This document shows, piece by piece, positions 50,694-61,824 of a stretch of 64,000 nt of DNA. The stretch lies in the NCBI GenBank assembly GCA_027622665.1, contig JAQBYT010000002.1:1-64000 (forward strand), given 5' to 3'. A program made the translations under genes and the position numbers. The DNA comes from Verrucomicrobiota bacterium. GTDB lineage: Bacteria > Verrucomicrobiota > Verrucomicrobiia > Opitutales > Seribacteraceae. The notes below the pieces were generated by a model. The model saw only the letters and a list, made by a program, of their open reading frames with translations. It was not told the DNA's origin and did no database searches. Positions within the stretch are counted from its first letter, which is position 1; every line of letters begins with the position of its first letter.

Positions 50694-50835
50694 GAAACGC
50701 TGATGCGTGCAATGGGGCTTGACTCGCTGATCACTTCCAGACTTCGAAAGGTGTGGATTGCCCCGTAGTGTCCGAATATTCGAATCATCTCCAATCAGGC
50801 GGCGTCCCGGTGGTAGTAGCGCAACAATCCGCCCA
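50694..50835 (-). mobile_element. rve-type IS 3' end remnant, copy 1
   Basis: 142 bp near-identical to 61825-61966; encodes GGLLRYYHRDAA*. Confidence 0.8.
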
Positions 50836-51270
50836 TTTCTCGGGATCTTTCGGAGGGTGCACGTGACGTCTTTCCGGGGTGTGCTCAATGCTCTCGCCGA
50901 GGCGATACACGAAGCCGCTACCGGTTTTGACGATGCCGTCGATGTAGGCATCGGTGCGGCGGAAATCATAGTTGCCAGGTAGCGATGGGTCGGCATCGGC
51001 GTCCGGGAATACGGTGTGAATATCGACGACGTCGGGGTTGGGCCAGTGGCCGTCGTGGAGGCGGATCAGTGGCGCTCCCAGCTCCTTGAATTGCTTCGAA
51101 AAGTCGAGCACGCCGCCGTATTGCAGCGGGCCGCAGTTGCCGCCGTGGAGCGGGCGGATGGTGCCGATCGGCTTCGCTCAATCGATTTCGAACTCCCCCG
51201 CCGAACCATTCGTGAGGCAAATAAGGTAGCAGAATCCACTCACGAAAAAACCACCCCGGCAAAGCCTCAC
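50836..51270 (-). pseudogene. glycoside hydrolase (GH39-like) N-terminal remnant
   Basis: IRPLHGGN, IRLHD, VDIHTVFP, YDF..D, YRLGESIE; in-frame TGA; cut by IS remnant. Confidence 0.75.
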
Positions 51271-53780
51271 TTACGCGCCTCCCGATCTCGATCCACCACC
51301 TCACTCGGCAACAGCAGTTCGCACCCTCTGCGTGCTAGGTACGGAGGCACGGTCATGAGGAGGCGCTGTCCCTGAGACTTTTCAAACCGCCAGATCTTTC
51401 CGTCCATTCCATCGGGAACGGGGACGTTAAACCAACTTTCCTCGATGGTTCCAAAGTCGAGGGCGATCTCCCCATCCGGATTTACTAGCGTGCCTGAAAT
51501 GCGTGGCGCCCAGTTCGCGATGCGCGAGGCCCAACCGCCGATCACCTTGGTTCCTTTTGGGACGTAGAATACGAGCGTCCATTCGCCCCGGAAATGGCTC
51601 GTCACACCGGGGGAATCGATCCCCGATTCGATCGTAACCGGCATTCCTTCCGGCCAATTGATCCTCGTGTGATCCCCGCCGTCCACGGCCAGGATCCGGT
51701 GCAGGCCGGAGTAGGGCGTCTTCAGTTTCAAGGTGCGAGCCTTGCCGTCGGGCAGATAGCTTTCATCTTCGGCGACCGGTTTAAGCGAGACTTCTAACGG
51801 TGAGGACAGTGTCATCTTAGGATTGCGGTTTGCCCACACTTTCTGCACGGTAACTTCTAAGTCCAAAGCATTCGCCCCCTCCGCAATCCAGATGGCATAT
51901 TTTTGCTGGTCCTGGGGCGCCTGCGGAAATAAGCCGCCCGCCCCCGGCGCGAACTCGAGAGCCTCGGCGGCAGGGACCAATTCGTCACTAAACATCTTGC
52001 TAACGAAGCCCAGCTCCACCGGTTGATTGTTAGCGACGCCTTGCGCCAGGATCCGATCGAGATCTTTACGCAAAAATGGCGAGTCATCCTTGAGCGGGTG
52101 ATCCGCTGTCAAGGCGGCCTGCTGGTTGATGAGACGCGCCCAGAGCCCGTAGCTGTGAACCATCATCGTCCCGCGCATCCGATAGGCGTGCCGCGCCACG
52201 TCTTCGACCGATCCGTTCCCGGCGGCGAAGGCGTAATAGAGTTCGGCATGGCGGGTATATAAGATCAGGGCGTCGACCCTTTTCAAAACCGCCGGGTCAT
52301 CGGTCGCCGCACGCGCTTTCTCAAGTTGCCTATACATCCTGCCCAACAAGTCGGAAGGCGACCGGCGCTGCTGGTCCTCGGTAATCAGCGCATAGAAGAC
52401 TCCCATCGGCGCGCGGGCGCCTCCGAACGATTTGTCTAAGAAATCCGCCACGAGGAAGTCTACATCGCCGGCGTCGTCGATGTCCCAGAGCAGCCGGCTG
52501 GCGACGTGGTACCCGAGCCCACACGGCCCCCAACAATCACCGGATTCGGCGTCGTAAAAGCGCACGCCCTTCTTATAAATATGGGGTAAAAAACTCGCGA
52601 GGTAAGACGGGCGGGATGCTTTCCCTCCGCGCGGTAAATTCCAATCCCAGGCGACAACGGTCAAGTAATCGTAAACTCCCATGGTTGCACCCTGCGCCTG
52701 CCATCCATCGACGATCTGGTCAAAAGTGAAACCGCCGCGGATGAACGCAGTGGTGGCGCTAGGGATGACCTGCGAGTGGACATTGATGCTGGGCGGTGCG
52801 CTGTGCTCGTTGTAAGCATAGATGCCGACCGCTTTGGTTCCAAGATCGAGGTCATTGATAGCAGTGGCCACCTCATTTGCGAGGGTGACGACGCGGTCGC
52901 TCACGCTGCCGACGGCTTTGCATTTTTGGCACTCGCACCATCCGCCCCCGTCGCTGGGATCCATCGAAATGCTATCGAGCGCAGGCTGCGCCTTCATGGT
53001 GCGGACGGCGTGATCGACCACGAGCTTGCGTAGGTCGCCATTGCCAATACAGAATTTGGTATCACCCCCGCGGTACTCACGTTTCCCATTGACCTGGGCG
53101 TAGAATTCGGGATGGGCGTCGAAGGCGGCGCGGTTGGCGCTCCAGATGTTCCCATAGCTGTGCCCGCTGCTCAGCTCGAACCCTTTGACCGCCCGGTTGC
53201 GCCGGCACCATTGGTTGTAAGGTCCCTGGTTGTGATCCCAAAACCCCCAGTTGTACCAAATCCGACGGGCGTGGAATGAGGGCGACTCCCGGCGATCCAA
53301 CGCGATTCCGAGCTGCGGAGACTTTGGGACTATCTCCCAAGTTTCCCCAGGGAAATACTGCCGCACCCCGAGGCGGTAGAGCATGTCCCACACCGCATGA
53401 GAAACCGCAAGGTCGGTGGCTCCGATCAAAGTGACCCCGGCGGCATGGCTGCGGAGTATGTAGTCCTCACGCTCCAGGGCACCATCACCGAAGACGTCAG
53501 CTACCGGGGGCATTGGAAAGTCTGATGCGCACCCGACCGCGATGCCCGTTTTTCCATCGCCCACCGCTACCTCGAACTTCGCCCCTGAGATCCGTCCCAA
53601 AAAGTCGGCTAATTCCTTAGCCGATTCCTGATTCGCAGCGGATGCCACGGCCCCGATGATGACCTGCTGGAGCGCCACGCCGTCCCGCGCCAGTTCGCAG
53701 CGGGCGCCCTCTACTGCGTCTAACCCTGACACTCCGCCAAAACACCCGATCAGGCACGCAGTGAACGTTTTTAGAATCAC
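51267..53780 (-). CDS. DUF4838 domain protein
   Basis: ELADFLGRISG, LGVRQYFPG, HPEFYA..KFC, SMDPSDG..WCEC..C. Confidence 0.8.
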   Translation of the reverse strand: MILKTFTACLIGCFGGVSGLDAVEGARCELARDGVALQQVIIGAVASAANQESAKELADFLGRISGAKFEVAVGDGKTGIAVGCASDFPMPPVADVFGDGALEREDYILRSHAAGVTLIGATDLAVSHAVWDMLYRLGVRQYFPGETWEIVPKSPQLGIALDRRESPSFHARRIWYNWGFWDHNQGPYNQWCRRNRAVKGFELSSGHSYGNIWSANRAAFDAHPEFYAQVNGKREYRGGDTKFCIGNGDLRKLVVDHAVRTMKAQPALDSISMDPSDGGGWCECQKCKAVGSVSDRVVTLANEVATAINDLDLGTKAVGIYAYNEHSAPPSINVHSQVIPSATTAFIRGGFTFDQIVDGWQAQGATMGVYDYLTVVAWDWNLPRGGKASRPSYLASFLPHIYKKGVRFYDAESGDCWGPCGLGYHVASRLLWDIDDAGDVDFLVADFLDKSFGGARAPMGVFYALITEDQQRRSPSDLLGRMYRQLEKARAATDDPAVLKRVDALILYTRHAELYYAFAAGNGSVEDVARHAYRMRGTMMVHSYGLWARLINQQAALTADHPLKDDSPFLRKDLDRILAQGVANNQPVELGFVSKMFSDELVPAAEALEFAPGAGGLFPQAPQDQQKYAIWIAEGANALDLEVTVQKVWANRNPKMTLSSPLEVSLKPVAEDESYLPDGKARTLKLKTPYSGLHRILAVDGGDHTRINWPEGMPVTIESGIDSPGVTSHFRGEWTLVFYVPKGTKVIGGWASRIANWAPRISGTLVNPDGEIALDFGTIEESWFNVPVPDGMDGKIWRFEKSQGQRLLMTVPPYLARRGCELLLPSEVVDRDREARK

Positions 53781-53785
53781 AGTTT

Positions 53786-56149
53786 TTAATTTTTAATTTT
53801 CCGGTAAAGGAATGGTCGGCGGAAGATACCTCCAAAGTGGTGCGGGCAGTAGCCCCGCAGGGTAATGGTGTTTTTACCTGCTGTCAGCTTTCCGGTGAGA
53901 TCGACATCCCACTCGAATCTGTAGTCATTTCGCCACCACGGCTCGCTAAAATCGCGGTAGCCGATGAGCTGGCCGTTCACGTAGAGCCAGCACTCGTTGA
54001 ACAGGCCGGGGAACATCAGGTGGATCGGCCCTTCTGTCTGCGCCGCATTCAGCTCAAGCGGTGTCTGATACCAGTAGTGCCCAGTGTAGCTTTGATAGTC
54101 GGAATGCCTCACCCCTTGGCCTTGCAAGTAAATGTCGGTTCGGAGCATTTCCCAGACGGTCGGGTAATCCTTCCGCCCCGCCATAGATATCGCCGATCCC
54201 TGCTTCTCCCAATAGGACAGATCCGCCTCCTGGTAGCCCCAGCCGCGGGCGAGTCCGGTATCGTGCGGGTCGCGCCGGAACGCCCATTCGAGCGGCGTTT
54301 TGGCAACGAGCGTTCCGCTGGTCCCATCAGTCAGGGCGGCAAGCGATTTCATCTGCTCGACCTCGCCCGGCCACCACGCGGCGCCGTGCTCACCGATGTT
54401 CTTGTAAGTCGTGAAGGTTGCATTGATCGCGGTCAGTTTGTCCCTCGTGGCCAAGCCCATTCCTCCCGCTTGCGCGGCGGCCTGATAATCGCAATCACCG
54501 GCACCTTTGTGCACCATCGACATGTATTGCTCCAGCAACTCGAAGCAGAGACGGGTAAACTCGTTCCGCTCTAGAAACAGCTCATCGTTCCTTGTCGGAC
54601 CCTTCTTGCCGCGGAGCGGAGCGAGCCGTTTCTCCGCCTCGGCGAGCTGCACTTTGAGCTTGGCTAAGAGCTGCGGAGTATAAATCGCTGGAGCGACAAA
54701 GTATTCGTGCTCGGTCACGAGCGTCTCGTCCCAGGCGGCATAGATAGCGTTCCAATACTGCGTCATCGGCTCCGCCGCCGGGCCGTAGAACTTTGGATAG
54801 AACTCGGCGAGTAGGACATCGGTATCGGCGTCTGGATCCCACATCAGCTGTCCGCGGAAGAACAGATTGAGGAAGGTCGTCGCGGTAGCGCCACGGCTCT
54901 CGGTGCCTACGCCGAGAACGCCCGCCTTCCGGTAGTGCTTCACATCTTCGGCAAAGACCTGGTGCGATGGGTTCGGGATATCCCGCCAGACCAGCTGACC
55001 CTGATCGTAGTCGTAGATAGCCAACCGGCCATCGACGAGTTCCGCCCAACGATAGAGCATCTCCCGGAATTCCTGCCTCGGGGGCGAATTTGGGTCGTCC
55101 ATGTCGTGATTCGGATCGATATCGATCGGCGCGAGCCACATGACCACGTTGGGCTCAATGTTCGTCACCTGCTGCGGAGGGATCGTCACATTGGCGTAGG
55201 CCATCGCGCCGATCTTCGTCTTGCTCGCCGGATGCCTTTCACGGAGGATACGCGCCACATTGTTATAGAGCGTCATCATGGCGTCGGTGTTCGAGGGCTG
55301 GAGCGCGAACTTGTCATATATCCCCGCCTGCAGGGCGATGTCGCTAGCAGAGTCATTGACGTAGTTGCCATCTTCGATCGCGAGAGAGATGCCGGGTGTC
55401 GTCCCTTTGGCATATTCCTCGTCGAGTTGTTCCGCGATGGACTTGGCGGTGGCATCTTCGGCGAGGGGGACGTTGAAAATCGATCTCCCCTCGGGCCTTA
55501 GCTTTTCGGTGTATTTCGCGAGTGCGTGCCCCATCCCGGCGAAACTCGTTTCGGTCATGAAATTACGCCGGCGGAATTCGTTCGCCCCGGTGCTGTCGCC
55601 ATTCCAACTGAGCCAGTAGTGTCGGATCTCAAAGGGCGGGGCGTAGGCGAAATCAATATCTCCGAGTTTCAGTTCTGCGTGCGAAGGGATACACTCGCCG
55701 ATCTCGGTCGGAAGATACCAACGGCAGCCCCAGTCATGGAGCAGCCGGGCGACAGCGAAGTAGTGGGAATCGTCATTGGTCCCTGCAAGATAGACCGAGC
55801 GTCCGTCCCGCCGGACCACGATGGCATCCGCCCGGATCAAGGGGTCCGGTTTAGCCACTTTATTGAGCTCCAGTTGCAGTTTGGGATCGGCCGCCAATGC
55901 CGCCGCGCCCACAAAGAGGTTCGGCCCAGCGCCCGCCACTGCCGCCAGTTCTACTTTGGCCCCCGTCATCAATTCGATGTAATGCACGAGGTCTTCGCTC
56001 GCCCGTTTTTCCCATCGACCGGAATCGGCAGCGACGACGACGGTGGCCTCCGTCTTTGCGCCGGCAGCGATCACGAGGTCGGCGGCTCCTGCCAGCGGCG
56101 CTGACGCGAATAGCAAGAGAAGTAGAATCGGACAAATAGGAATTCGCAT
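53786..56149 (-). CDS. DUF4838 domain protein with C-terminal sugar-binding domain
   Basis: GCRWYLP, PPFEIR, YTGHYWY, LYVNG, GGIFRRP. Confidence 0.8.
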   Translation of the reverse strand: MRIPICPILLLLLFASAPLAGAADLVIAAGAKTEATVVVAADSGRWEKRASEDLVHYIELMTGAKVELAAVAGAGPNLFVGAAALAADPKLQLELNKVAKPDPLIRADAIVVRRDGRSVYLAGTNDDSHYFAVARLLHDWGCRWYLPTEIGECIPSHAELKLGDIDFAYAPPFEIRHYWLSWNGDSTGANEFRRRNFMTETSFAGMGHALAKYTEKLRPEGRSIFNVPLAEDATAKSIAEQLDEEYAKGTTPGISLAIEDGNYVNDSASDIALQAGIYDKFALQPSNTDAMMTLYNNVARILRERHPASKTKIGAMAYANVTIPPQQVTNIEPNVVMWLAPIDIDPNHDMDDPNSPPRQEFREMLYRWAELVDGRLAIYDYDQGQLVWRDIPNPSHQVFAEDVKHYRKAGVLGVGTESRGATATTFLNLFFRGQLMWDPDADTDVLLAEFYPKFYGPAAEPMTQYWNAIYAAWDETLVTEHEYFVAPAIYTPQLLAKLKVQLAEAEKRLAPLRGKKGPTRNDELFLERNEFTRLCFELLEQYMSMVHKGAGDCDYQAAAQAGGMGLATRDKLTAINATFTTYKNIGEHGAAWWPGEVEQMKSLAALTDGTSGTLVAKTPLEWAFRRDPHDTGLARGWGYQEADLSYWEKQGSAISMAGRKDYPTVWEMLRTDIYLQGQGVRHSDYQSYTGHYWYQTPLELNAAQTEGPIHLMFPGLFNECWLYVNGQLIGYRDFSEPWWRNDYRFEWDVDLTGKLTAGKNTITLRGYCPHHFGGIFRRPFLYRKIKN

Positions 56150-56163
56150 GTGGGGTGATTAAG

Positions 56164-57420
56164 GGCTCAATTCGGGTTTAGCAAAGCGAAAACAGGCGAT
56201 TTTGAGCAGGTGTAGAGTCCTGAGATGCAAAGCGTAAAGCCAGAAATCCACTAGCGGATCGGTTGCGAGAGCGTTGCCGACACCAGACCGGTGTCCCGGG
56301 AGAGGACTGCCTTGACACCCGCCGCTGGCGCTAGCGCAAACTTTGGGCGTTAGAGCCCGATGAGCTTCAAATCACCAGACAACAAACTACTGCACAGACT
56401 CCTCGGTTTCAAGAACCTCCGCATCACGGACCACCAATTGTGCCCCGGCAAGGGCGTGCTCAAGCTTCTAGTCAAGCCCTACAAAAACGGTGCGCAGTGC
56501 CCCCATTGCCAGCGCCGCTGCAAGGTGCTAAAGCGTAGCGCAAAGCAGGCCGCCCGCGACGCGAGAGTATGGCGCGATATCCCCGCCAGCGGCCTAGCTG
56601 TCACCCTCACCTACTGCCCGCGCGAGATCATCTTCCCGACCCACGGCCGCGACCAAGAAGACATCCTCTGGGCAGTCTCGCACAGCCGCAACACGCTGCG
56701 TTTCGACTTCAAAGTGATGCGGATGTGCAAAGTCATGACCCAGAAAGAAGCCGCCGCCCAGCTCGGCGTCCCCGCCTCGACCCTGTCCGACATGCTCCAC
56801 CACAGCGTCGCCCGCTACCGTAGCGGCCACAAGCTACGGGGCCTAAAAAACCTAGGAATCGACGAGATATCCTACAAGAAAGGCCACCGCTACCTAACAG
56901 TCGTCTACGACCTCGACCGGAGCCACGTCGTGTGGGTCGGGGAGGGCAAAGGGCGCAAGACTATCGACCGCTTCTTCACCGAGGTGATGAGCAAGGGGCA
57001 GCGCTCGCGGGTGGAGGGAGCCTGCTGCGACATGAGCCGCACCTACATCGGCGCCATCGAAGACCACCTGCCAAACGCCTTACTCGTACTCGACCGCTTC
57101 CACGTCGTCAAAGCCCTCAACGAGGCCGTCGACGAGGTGCGCGAAGAAGTGTGGAGGGCCGCGTCAAAAGCCGAGAGCAAAGGGATCAAAGGCCTGGGCT
57201 TCATCATCCTGAAAAACAAGAAGAACCGCAGCCGTCGCGAGCACAAGATCGTGGCAGAGCTCGGGCGCAGCCACCGCCGGATAGCCCGCGCCTGCGAGCT
57301 CAAAGACGAGCTCGCCCACTTATGGGAATACCGCCAGCTTGGTAGCGCGCTGAAGTTCCTGAAGGGGTGGAAGAAGCGCGTGAAGCTCAGCAGGATCGAG
57401 CCGTTGAGGAAGTTCGCCCG
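56164..57420 (+). mobile_element. ISL3-family element, 3'-truncated (transposase from 56360)
   Basis: GGCTC terminus; CPHC, LGIDEISYKKG, CDMS, DRFHVVK. Confidence 0.88.
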
Positions 57421-57860
57421 CATTCGCCAAACGGGCCCGCGAGGACATTCTTTCCTTCTCCGAAGGGGACAAACCATTCTTCCTTTATATTCCGCTCACC
57501 TCGCCGCATTCGCCGGTCGTTCCCAACAAGCCGTTCCAAGGAAAGACGAGCATTGGCAGCTATGGCGACTTCGTGGTCGAGACCGACTGGGTGGTCGGCC
57601 AAGTGATGAAGGCGGTCGACGACGCGAAGATAAAGGACAAGACCCTTTTCTTGTTCGCGACCGACAACGGAGCCGCCCAATTCAGTCGCAAGACCAAGGG
57701 CGGGAAAACGCATCTTTCCTCCGGACCGTACCGCGGACGCAAAAGGGATAACTGGGAAGGGGGCCATCGCGTCCCCTTCATCGCTCGTTGGCCCGGGTTG
57801 GTGGAGCCCAATACCTTTTCCTCCACCGTCCTTTGCCTGACCGACTTCACCCGCACCCTG
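57421..57860 (+). pseudogene. sulfatase internal fragment
   Basis: PFFLYIPLTSPHSP, YGDFVVETD, TDNG, YRGRK..WEGGHRVPFIARWPG. Confidence 0.75.
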
Positions 57861-58733
57861 GTGGCCGTCGCAGGGGGTGAAGTCGCCCGCCATGACGTGG
57901 CCGAGGCCCTGGTTCAGAGCGACCGCTTGAAGCTGCTGAGCAATGGTCACCTGATGAGGTCGATCCAGGAAGACAAACACGGAAATCTTACTGGGCTCAT
58001 CCCGGCGTCCGAACAACTCTCCGGCAGTGAAAAGGAGCGTCTTGCAACAATCCTCTACAACTCGTTCCGGCCGGCCTTGGTCACCCGTTGCAGCACACTT
58101 GACAAAGGAGCCACGGAACGCGCTCTTGAACAGATCGTTCAGTTGGCCCGCTTGAAGAATAAGAACATCGGCTGGCAGCCGATCGGCGGCCCTGAGCATG
58201 CCAAACGCCTCTGGCGCTTCCGATCGTTCAATCCTGAGAAGGAGGGACTTAGTTCCACGGATCTAAAGTCCGTCACGCTCCTCCCCGGACTGAAAGGATG
58301 GTTCAATCCGGAGTTTGACGACAGCCAATGGCCGATCGGCACGGCGTCGATCGGCAAAGGCTTCTTCAAGGCCTACGGGAGGCACCCGGGCAAATCCTAT
58401 CAGACGAACAACTCCAACTGGGGCGAGGGTGAGGTCCTGGCCACGCGCACGGAGACCACAATCGGTGAAGCTGAACTTGGACATGACACTTACCGCGTAC
58501 GCATCCTGTCGCCGCACGAATGTTTCGTCTATCTGAACGGCAGGGGCCTGGGCGGCTTCCGTGGAGCACAGCAGCCCCAGTACAGAAGCTTCACGATCAC
58601 CCCGAAGCTCTTCAGGAAGGGCAAGAACACTCTCGCAGTCTATGCAAGGACGATGCATTACAAGGGAAAGACATTCTGCCGGATGGACATCCATTTTGAA
58701 GGCTTGAGCAAGGAGGATATCGGCTTGGACTGA
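57861..58733 (+). pseudogene. C-terminal remnant of a large protein with galactose-binding-like domain
   Basis: WFNPEFDDSQW, VYLNG, GKNTLAV; no native start. Confidence 0.55.
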
Positions 58734-58741
58734 GATAATGT

Positions 58742-58776
58742 TAACGAATATAACGAATATAACGAATATAACGAAA
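58742..58776 (+). repeat. 9-bp tandem repeat TAACGAATA (~3.8 copies)
   Basis: Directly visible just upstream of the AAGGAG RBS. Confidence 0.9.
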
Positions 58777-58794
58777 GTAAAAGGAGAAGGAATA

Positions 58795-59817
58795 ATGAAC
58801 AGACCAGCACTTACAATCAGTTGTTTAATTGGGTTATTTTGCACAATCGGGACAAGCACCCAAGCCAAAGAAATCAAGGTCTTCATCCTGGCCGGCCAGT
58901 CGAACATGGTGGGCCACGGTAAAGTCGAACAGGGCAGGAGTCCCGATTACGACAAGAACGACAAGGAAACGCACCGCGAAGTCAAGGGCGGCATCGGTTC
59001 CCTGCGACATCTGGCGACCGACCCAAAGACGGCTCCCAAGTACAAACATCTACTGGACGCCAAAGGCAACTGGGTGGTCCGCGACGACACGTGGATCTAC
59101 TCGACCGCCACTGGCGGAGGGAACAAGGACCAGCAAGGTAAATTGACCGTTGGCTTCGGCGCCGGGGTCTGGTTTGGACCCGAGTTCGCATTTGGGCATG
59201 TCGTGGGCGACGCGTTGGACGAGCCCGTGCTGATCATCAAGACCTCGTGGGGCGGCCATTCGCTCGGCGTCAAGTTCCGGTCGCCGTCTTCCGGACAACC
59301 GACTTACACGAAGGGCAAATTCAAACCCGAAGACGTGGGGTCATCGTATCGTGAGATGTTGAAGGTTATCAAAGAGGTCTGCGGGAATATGGAAACGCAC
59401 TTCCCCGAGTTGAAGGGATACAAGCCTAAATTTGCCGGTTTCGGTTGGCACCAGGGCTGGAACGACGGCACCGAGGAAATGACCGCTGAATACGAAAAGA
59501 ACATGGCAAACTTCATCAAAGACGTGCGCAAAGATCTCAAAGCCAAGGACCTGCCCTTCGTGATCGCGACGTCCGGAATGATTGGCCTGAAAGCAACCGG
59601 AGTCAGGGCCAAACTTTGCGAGATTCAGATGGCGATGGGTGATCCGAAGAAACACCCGGAGTTCGCGGGAACCGTGGCGTCGGTGGAAACACGTAGTTTC
59701 AAAAGGGAGACCCCATCACACTTCGGCTACCACTGGAACCACAGCGGCGAAAGCCATTATCTGATCGGCGACGCCATGGGCACGGCAATGATCAACCTAT
59801 TAAAGGAACCCAAGTAG
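58795..59817 (+). CDS. sialate O-acetylesterase (SASA/DUF303)
   Basis: FILAGQSNM, GPEFAFG, WHQGWND, YHW. Confidence 0.88.
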   Translation: MNRPALTISCLIGLFCTIGTSTQAKEIKVFILAGQSNMVGHGKVEQGRSPDYDKNDKETHREVKGGIGSLRHLATDPKTAPKYKHLLDAKGNWVVRDDTWIYSTATGGGNKDQQGKLTVGFGAGVWFGPEFAFGHVVGDALDEPVLIIKTSWGGHSLGVKFRSPSSGQPTYTKGKFKPEDVGSSYREMLKVIKEVCGNMETHFPELKGYKPKFAGFGWHQGWNDGTEEMTAEYEKNMANFIKDVRKDLKAKDLPFVIATSGMIGLKATGVRAKLCEIQMAMGDPKKHPEFAGTVASVETRSFKRETPSHFGYHWNHSGESHYLIGDAMGTAMINLLKEPK

Positions 59818-59907
59818 GAAATGAACAAGACAAATATACCTGAATCGAGCAGAGTGACCATTGTTTTCCTAAAGGCAACCTTAACGAAATGGTAAGGAGA
59901 AGGAATA

Positions 59908-60882
59908 ATGAATAGAGTAGTAGTTACAATCAGTTGTTTGATTGCTTTGTTTTGCACAATCGAGACAAGCACCCACGCCAAGGAAGTCCCGGGCAAAGGT
60001 CCGGTCAAAGTCTTCATCATGGCAGGCCAGTCCAACATGGAGGGACATGGCAAGAGCATCCATATAAAGATGGCGGCCGAAGACGAGAAAACACGCGCGG
60101 AATTCTCCCCTCTCTTGAACGGAGAAGACTATGCCGTGCGCAAAGATGTTTGGATCACCTGGGGAAGCAAACGCCAAGGAGAACTATCCATTGGTTGGGG
60201 GGCGGAATATGGGCGAGACGGAAAGGGGAAAGTCGGAACAGAACTTGGTTTCGGCTGGCAAATGGGCGAGCTTCTCGATGAACAGGTGTTGTTGATCAAA
60301 TGGGCTGCAGGAGGGCATAGCCTCAAGAAGAATTTCCTGCCTCCCAGTGCGGGAGGTCCTTTAGAAAGTTACACTCTAATGGTCGATGAGGTCCACAGAG
60401 TTCTGGATAACTTGAAGACCATCTATCCTGACTACGACGAGAAGTTGGGCTATGAGATCGTGGGGCTTGTCTGGTTCCAGGCTTGGAATGACCTGTGTGA
60501 TGGTTCACAGTGGAAGGAGAAACCGCATTATAAGTCATACAATGAGAGGCAAGCAGCATTGTTGCGGGATCTGAGAAAAGAGTTCAAGGCTCCGGAGATG
60601 CTTATGGTTATTGGCGAACTCGGCGCAGGCAGCCCGACGCATCAGAAGCACGTGGCTTTTCGCGAAACTCAGCGAGCCATGACCCTTACAGATGAATTCG
60701 AAAATACCACCCGCTCCGTGCCAACGCTCCCATTTTGGGATATCGACCCACGTTTCAGATCAAACCAAGACTTTCATTACAGAGGCAATGGAAAGACATA
60801 CTACTTCATAGGGAAAGCCATGGCACTAGCGATGTCCGAACTACTGCAAACGCAGGCTAGTTGGACCCCGTCCGAACGTTAA
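59908..60882 (+). CDS. sialate O-acetylesterase (SASA/DUF303)
   Basis: FIMAGQSNM, GTELGFG, WFQAWND, DFHY. Confidence 0.88.
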   Translation: MNRVVVTISCLIALFCTIETSTHAKEVPGKGPVKVFIMAGQSNMEGHGKSIHIKMAAEDEKTRAEFSPLLNGEDYAVRKDVWITWGSKRQGELSIGWGAEYGRDGKGKVGTELGFGWQMGELLDEQVLLIKWAAGGHSLKKNFLPPSAGGPLESYTLMVDEVHRVLDNLKTIYPDYDEKLGYEIVGLVWFQAWNDLCDGSQWKEKPHYKSYNERQAALLRDLRKEFKAPEMLMVIGELGAGSPTHQKHVAFRETQRAMTLTDEFENTTRSVPTLPFWDIDPRFRSNQDFHYRGNGKTYYFIGKAMALAMSELLQTQASWTPSER

Positions 60883-60932
60883 GCGCACGGACGGAGACTA
60901 CCCGCAGTTCGTGTGGCGCGCCGTGGTTGGCA
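60871..60932 (-). repeat. solitary attC-like site
   Basis: TGCCAAC-CACGG-CGCGCCACACG...CGTGCGC-TTAAC-GTTCGGA. Confidence 0.65.
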
Positions 60933-60998
60933 TTCCTCTTTTGCGGCAACTGTGTTGCGCGTACCATGACGCAAAGGTCTCGCACCGTCAACTCCCGC

Positions 60999-61085
60999 AC
61001 CCCAACGGGGTAGCCCTACGATAGCCCAGGGTCAGTGCCTCACCGAAGCCCCTGGCGACGGCGACCGGCACGCAGCCCTGGGGGA
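60999..61085. repeat. REP-like palindromic element
   Basis: ACCCCAACGGGGT hairpin, then CCCAGGG...CCCTGGG. Confidence 0.6.
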
Positions 61086-61089
61086 AGGC

Positions 61090-61824
61090 CGGCGCGGCCA
61101 GTGCGTCCAAGGGCGCGGCGGTATTCAGCAAGGACAACGGCTACGTCAGCGTTATCCACATGGACGGTGCGCTGAAGAACGAGCTTGGCGCGGTTACGCT
61201 TGAGGACAAGGGCACGACGAAGGCCCCCGGGGCCATCGGCGAGGGGCGCAGCTTCACTCGCGGCAAGGGAATCGACTGCGGCAAGAAGATTACGAGCTAC
61301 CCCTACAGTGGCAACTCGTTCACATCGGAAGCCTGGTTCCGTGCCGAACCTGAAGCCGCTGGATCAAAGATTCTCTACTGGGGCAGATATGCGAAGAGGT
61401 ACAACGGTAAAACCGGTGACGGCAATGAGGTGGGCATAGGCATCGCTTCGCCGCCGGTCCTGGGTTGGGCTTCAGACGGTCCTGGAGGCACCCGGGCAGA
61501 GGATCCATACGTACTCGGCCCATGGACTCATGTGGCGGCCACCTACGAAAATGGAACCAGCCGTATATATGTGAATGGAAAGCTGAGCGGGAGCCGTAGC
61601 CGTTCCTCCAAAAGGGCGACGATGTCGATCGTGCAGAACATCTGCATGGATATCGGAGGCTAGCGCGGCCGAAACTACGCGTTTGTCGGCGACATTGACG
61701 AGGTCCGCGTATCCAGCGTCGCGCGTTCGGCCGATTGGATGAAGCTGCAGTATGAGAATCAGAATGGCCAGCAGACGCTGGTCGGGCCGTTGGTACAGAA
61801 GGGCACGACGTTCGCTGTCTCGCA
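61090..61824 (+). pseudogene. LamG-domain protein remnant
   Basis: WTHVAATY..IYVNG, TAG at 61661, GDIDEVRVS..RSADW..YENQ. Confidence 0.75.
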
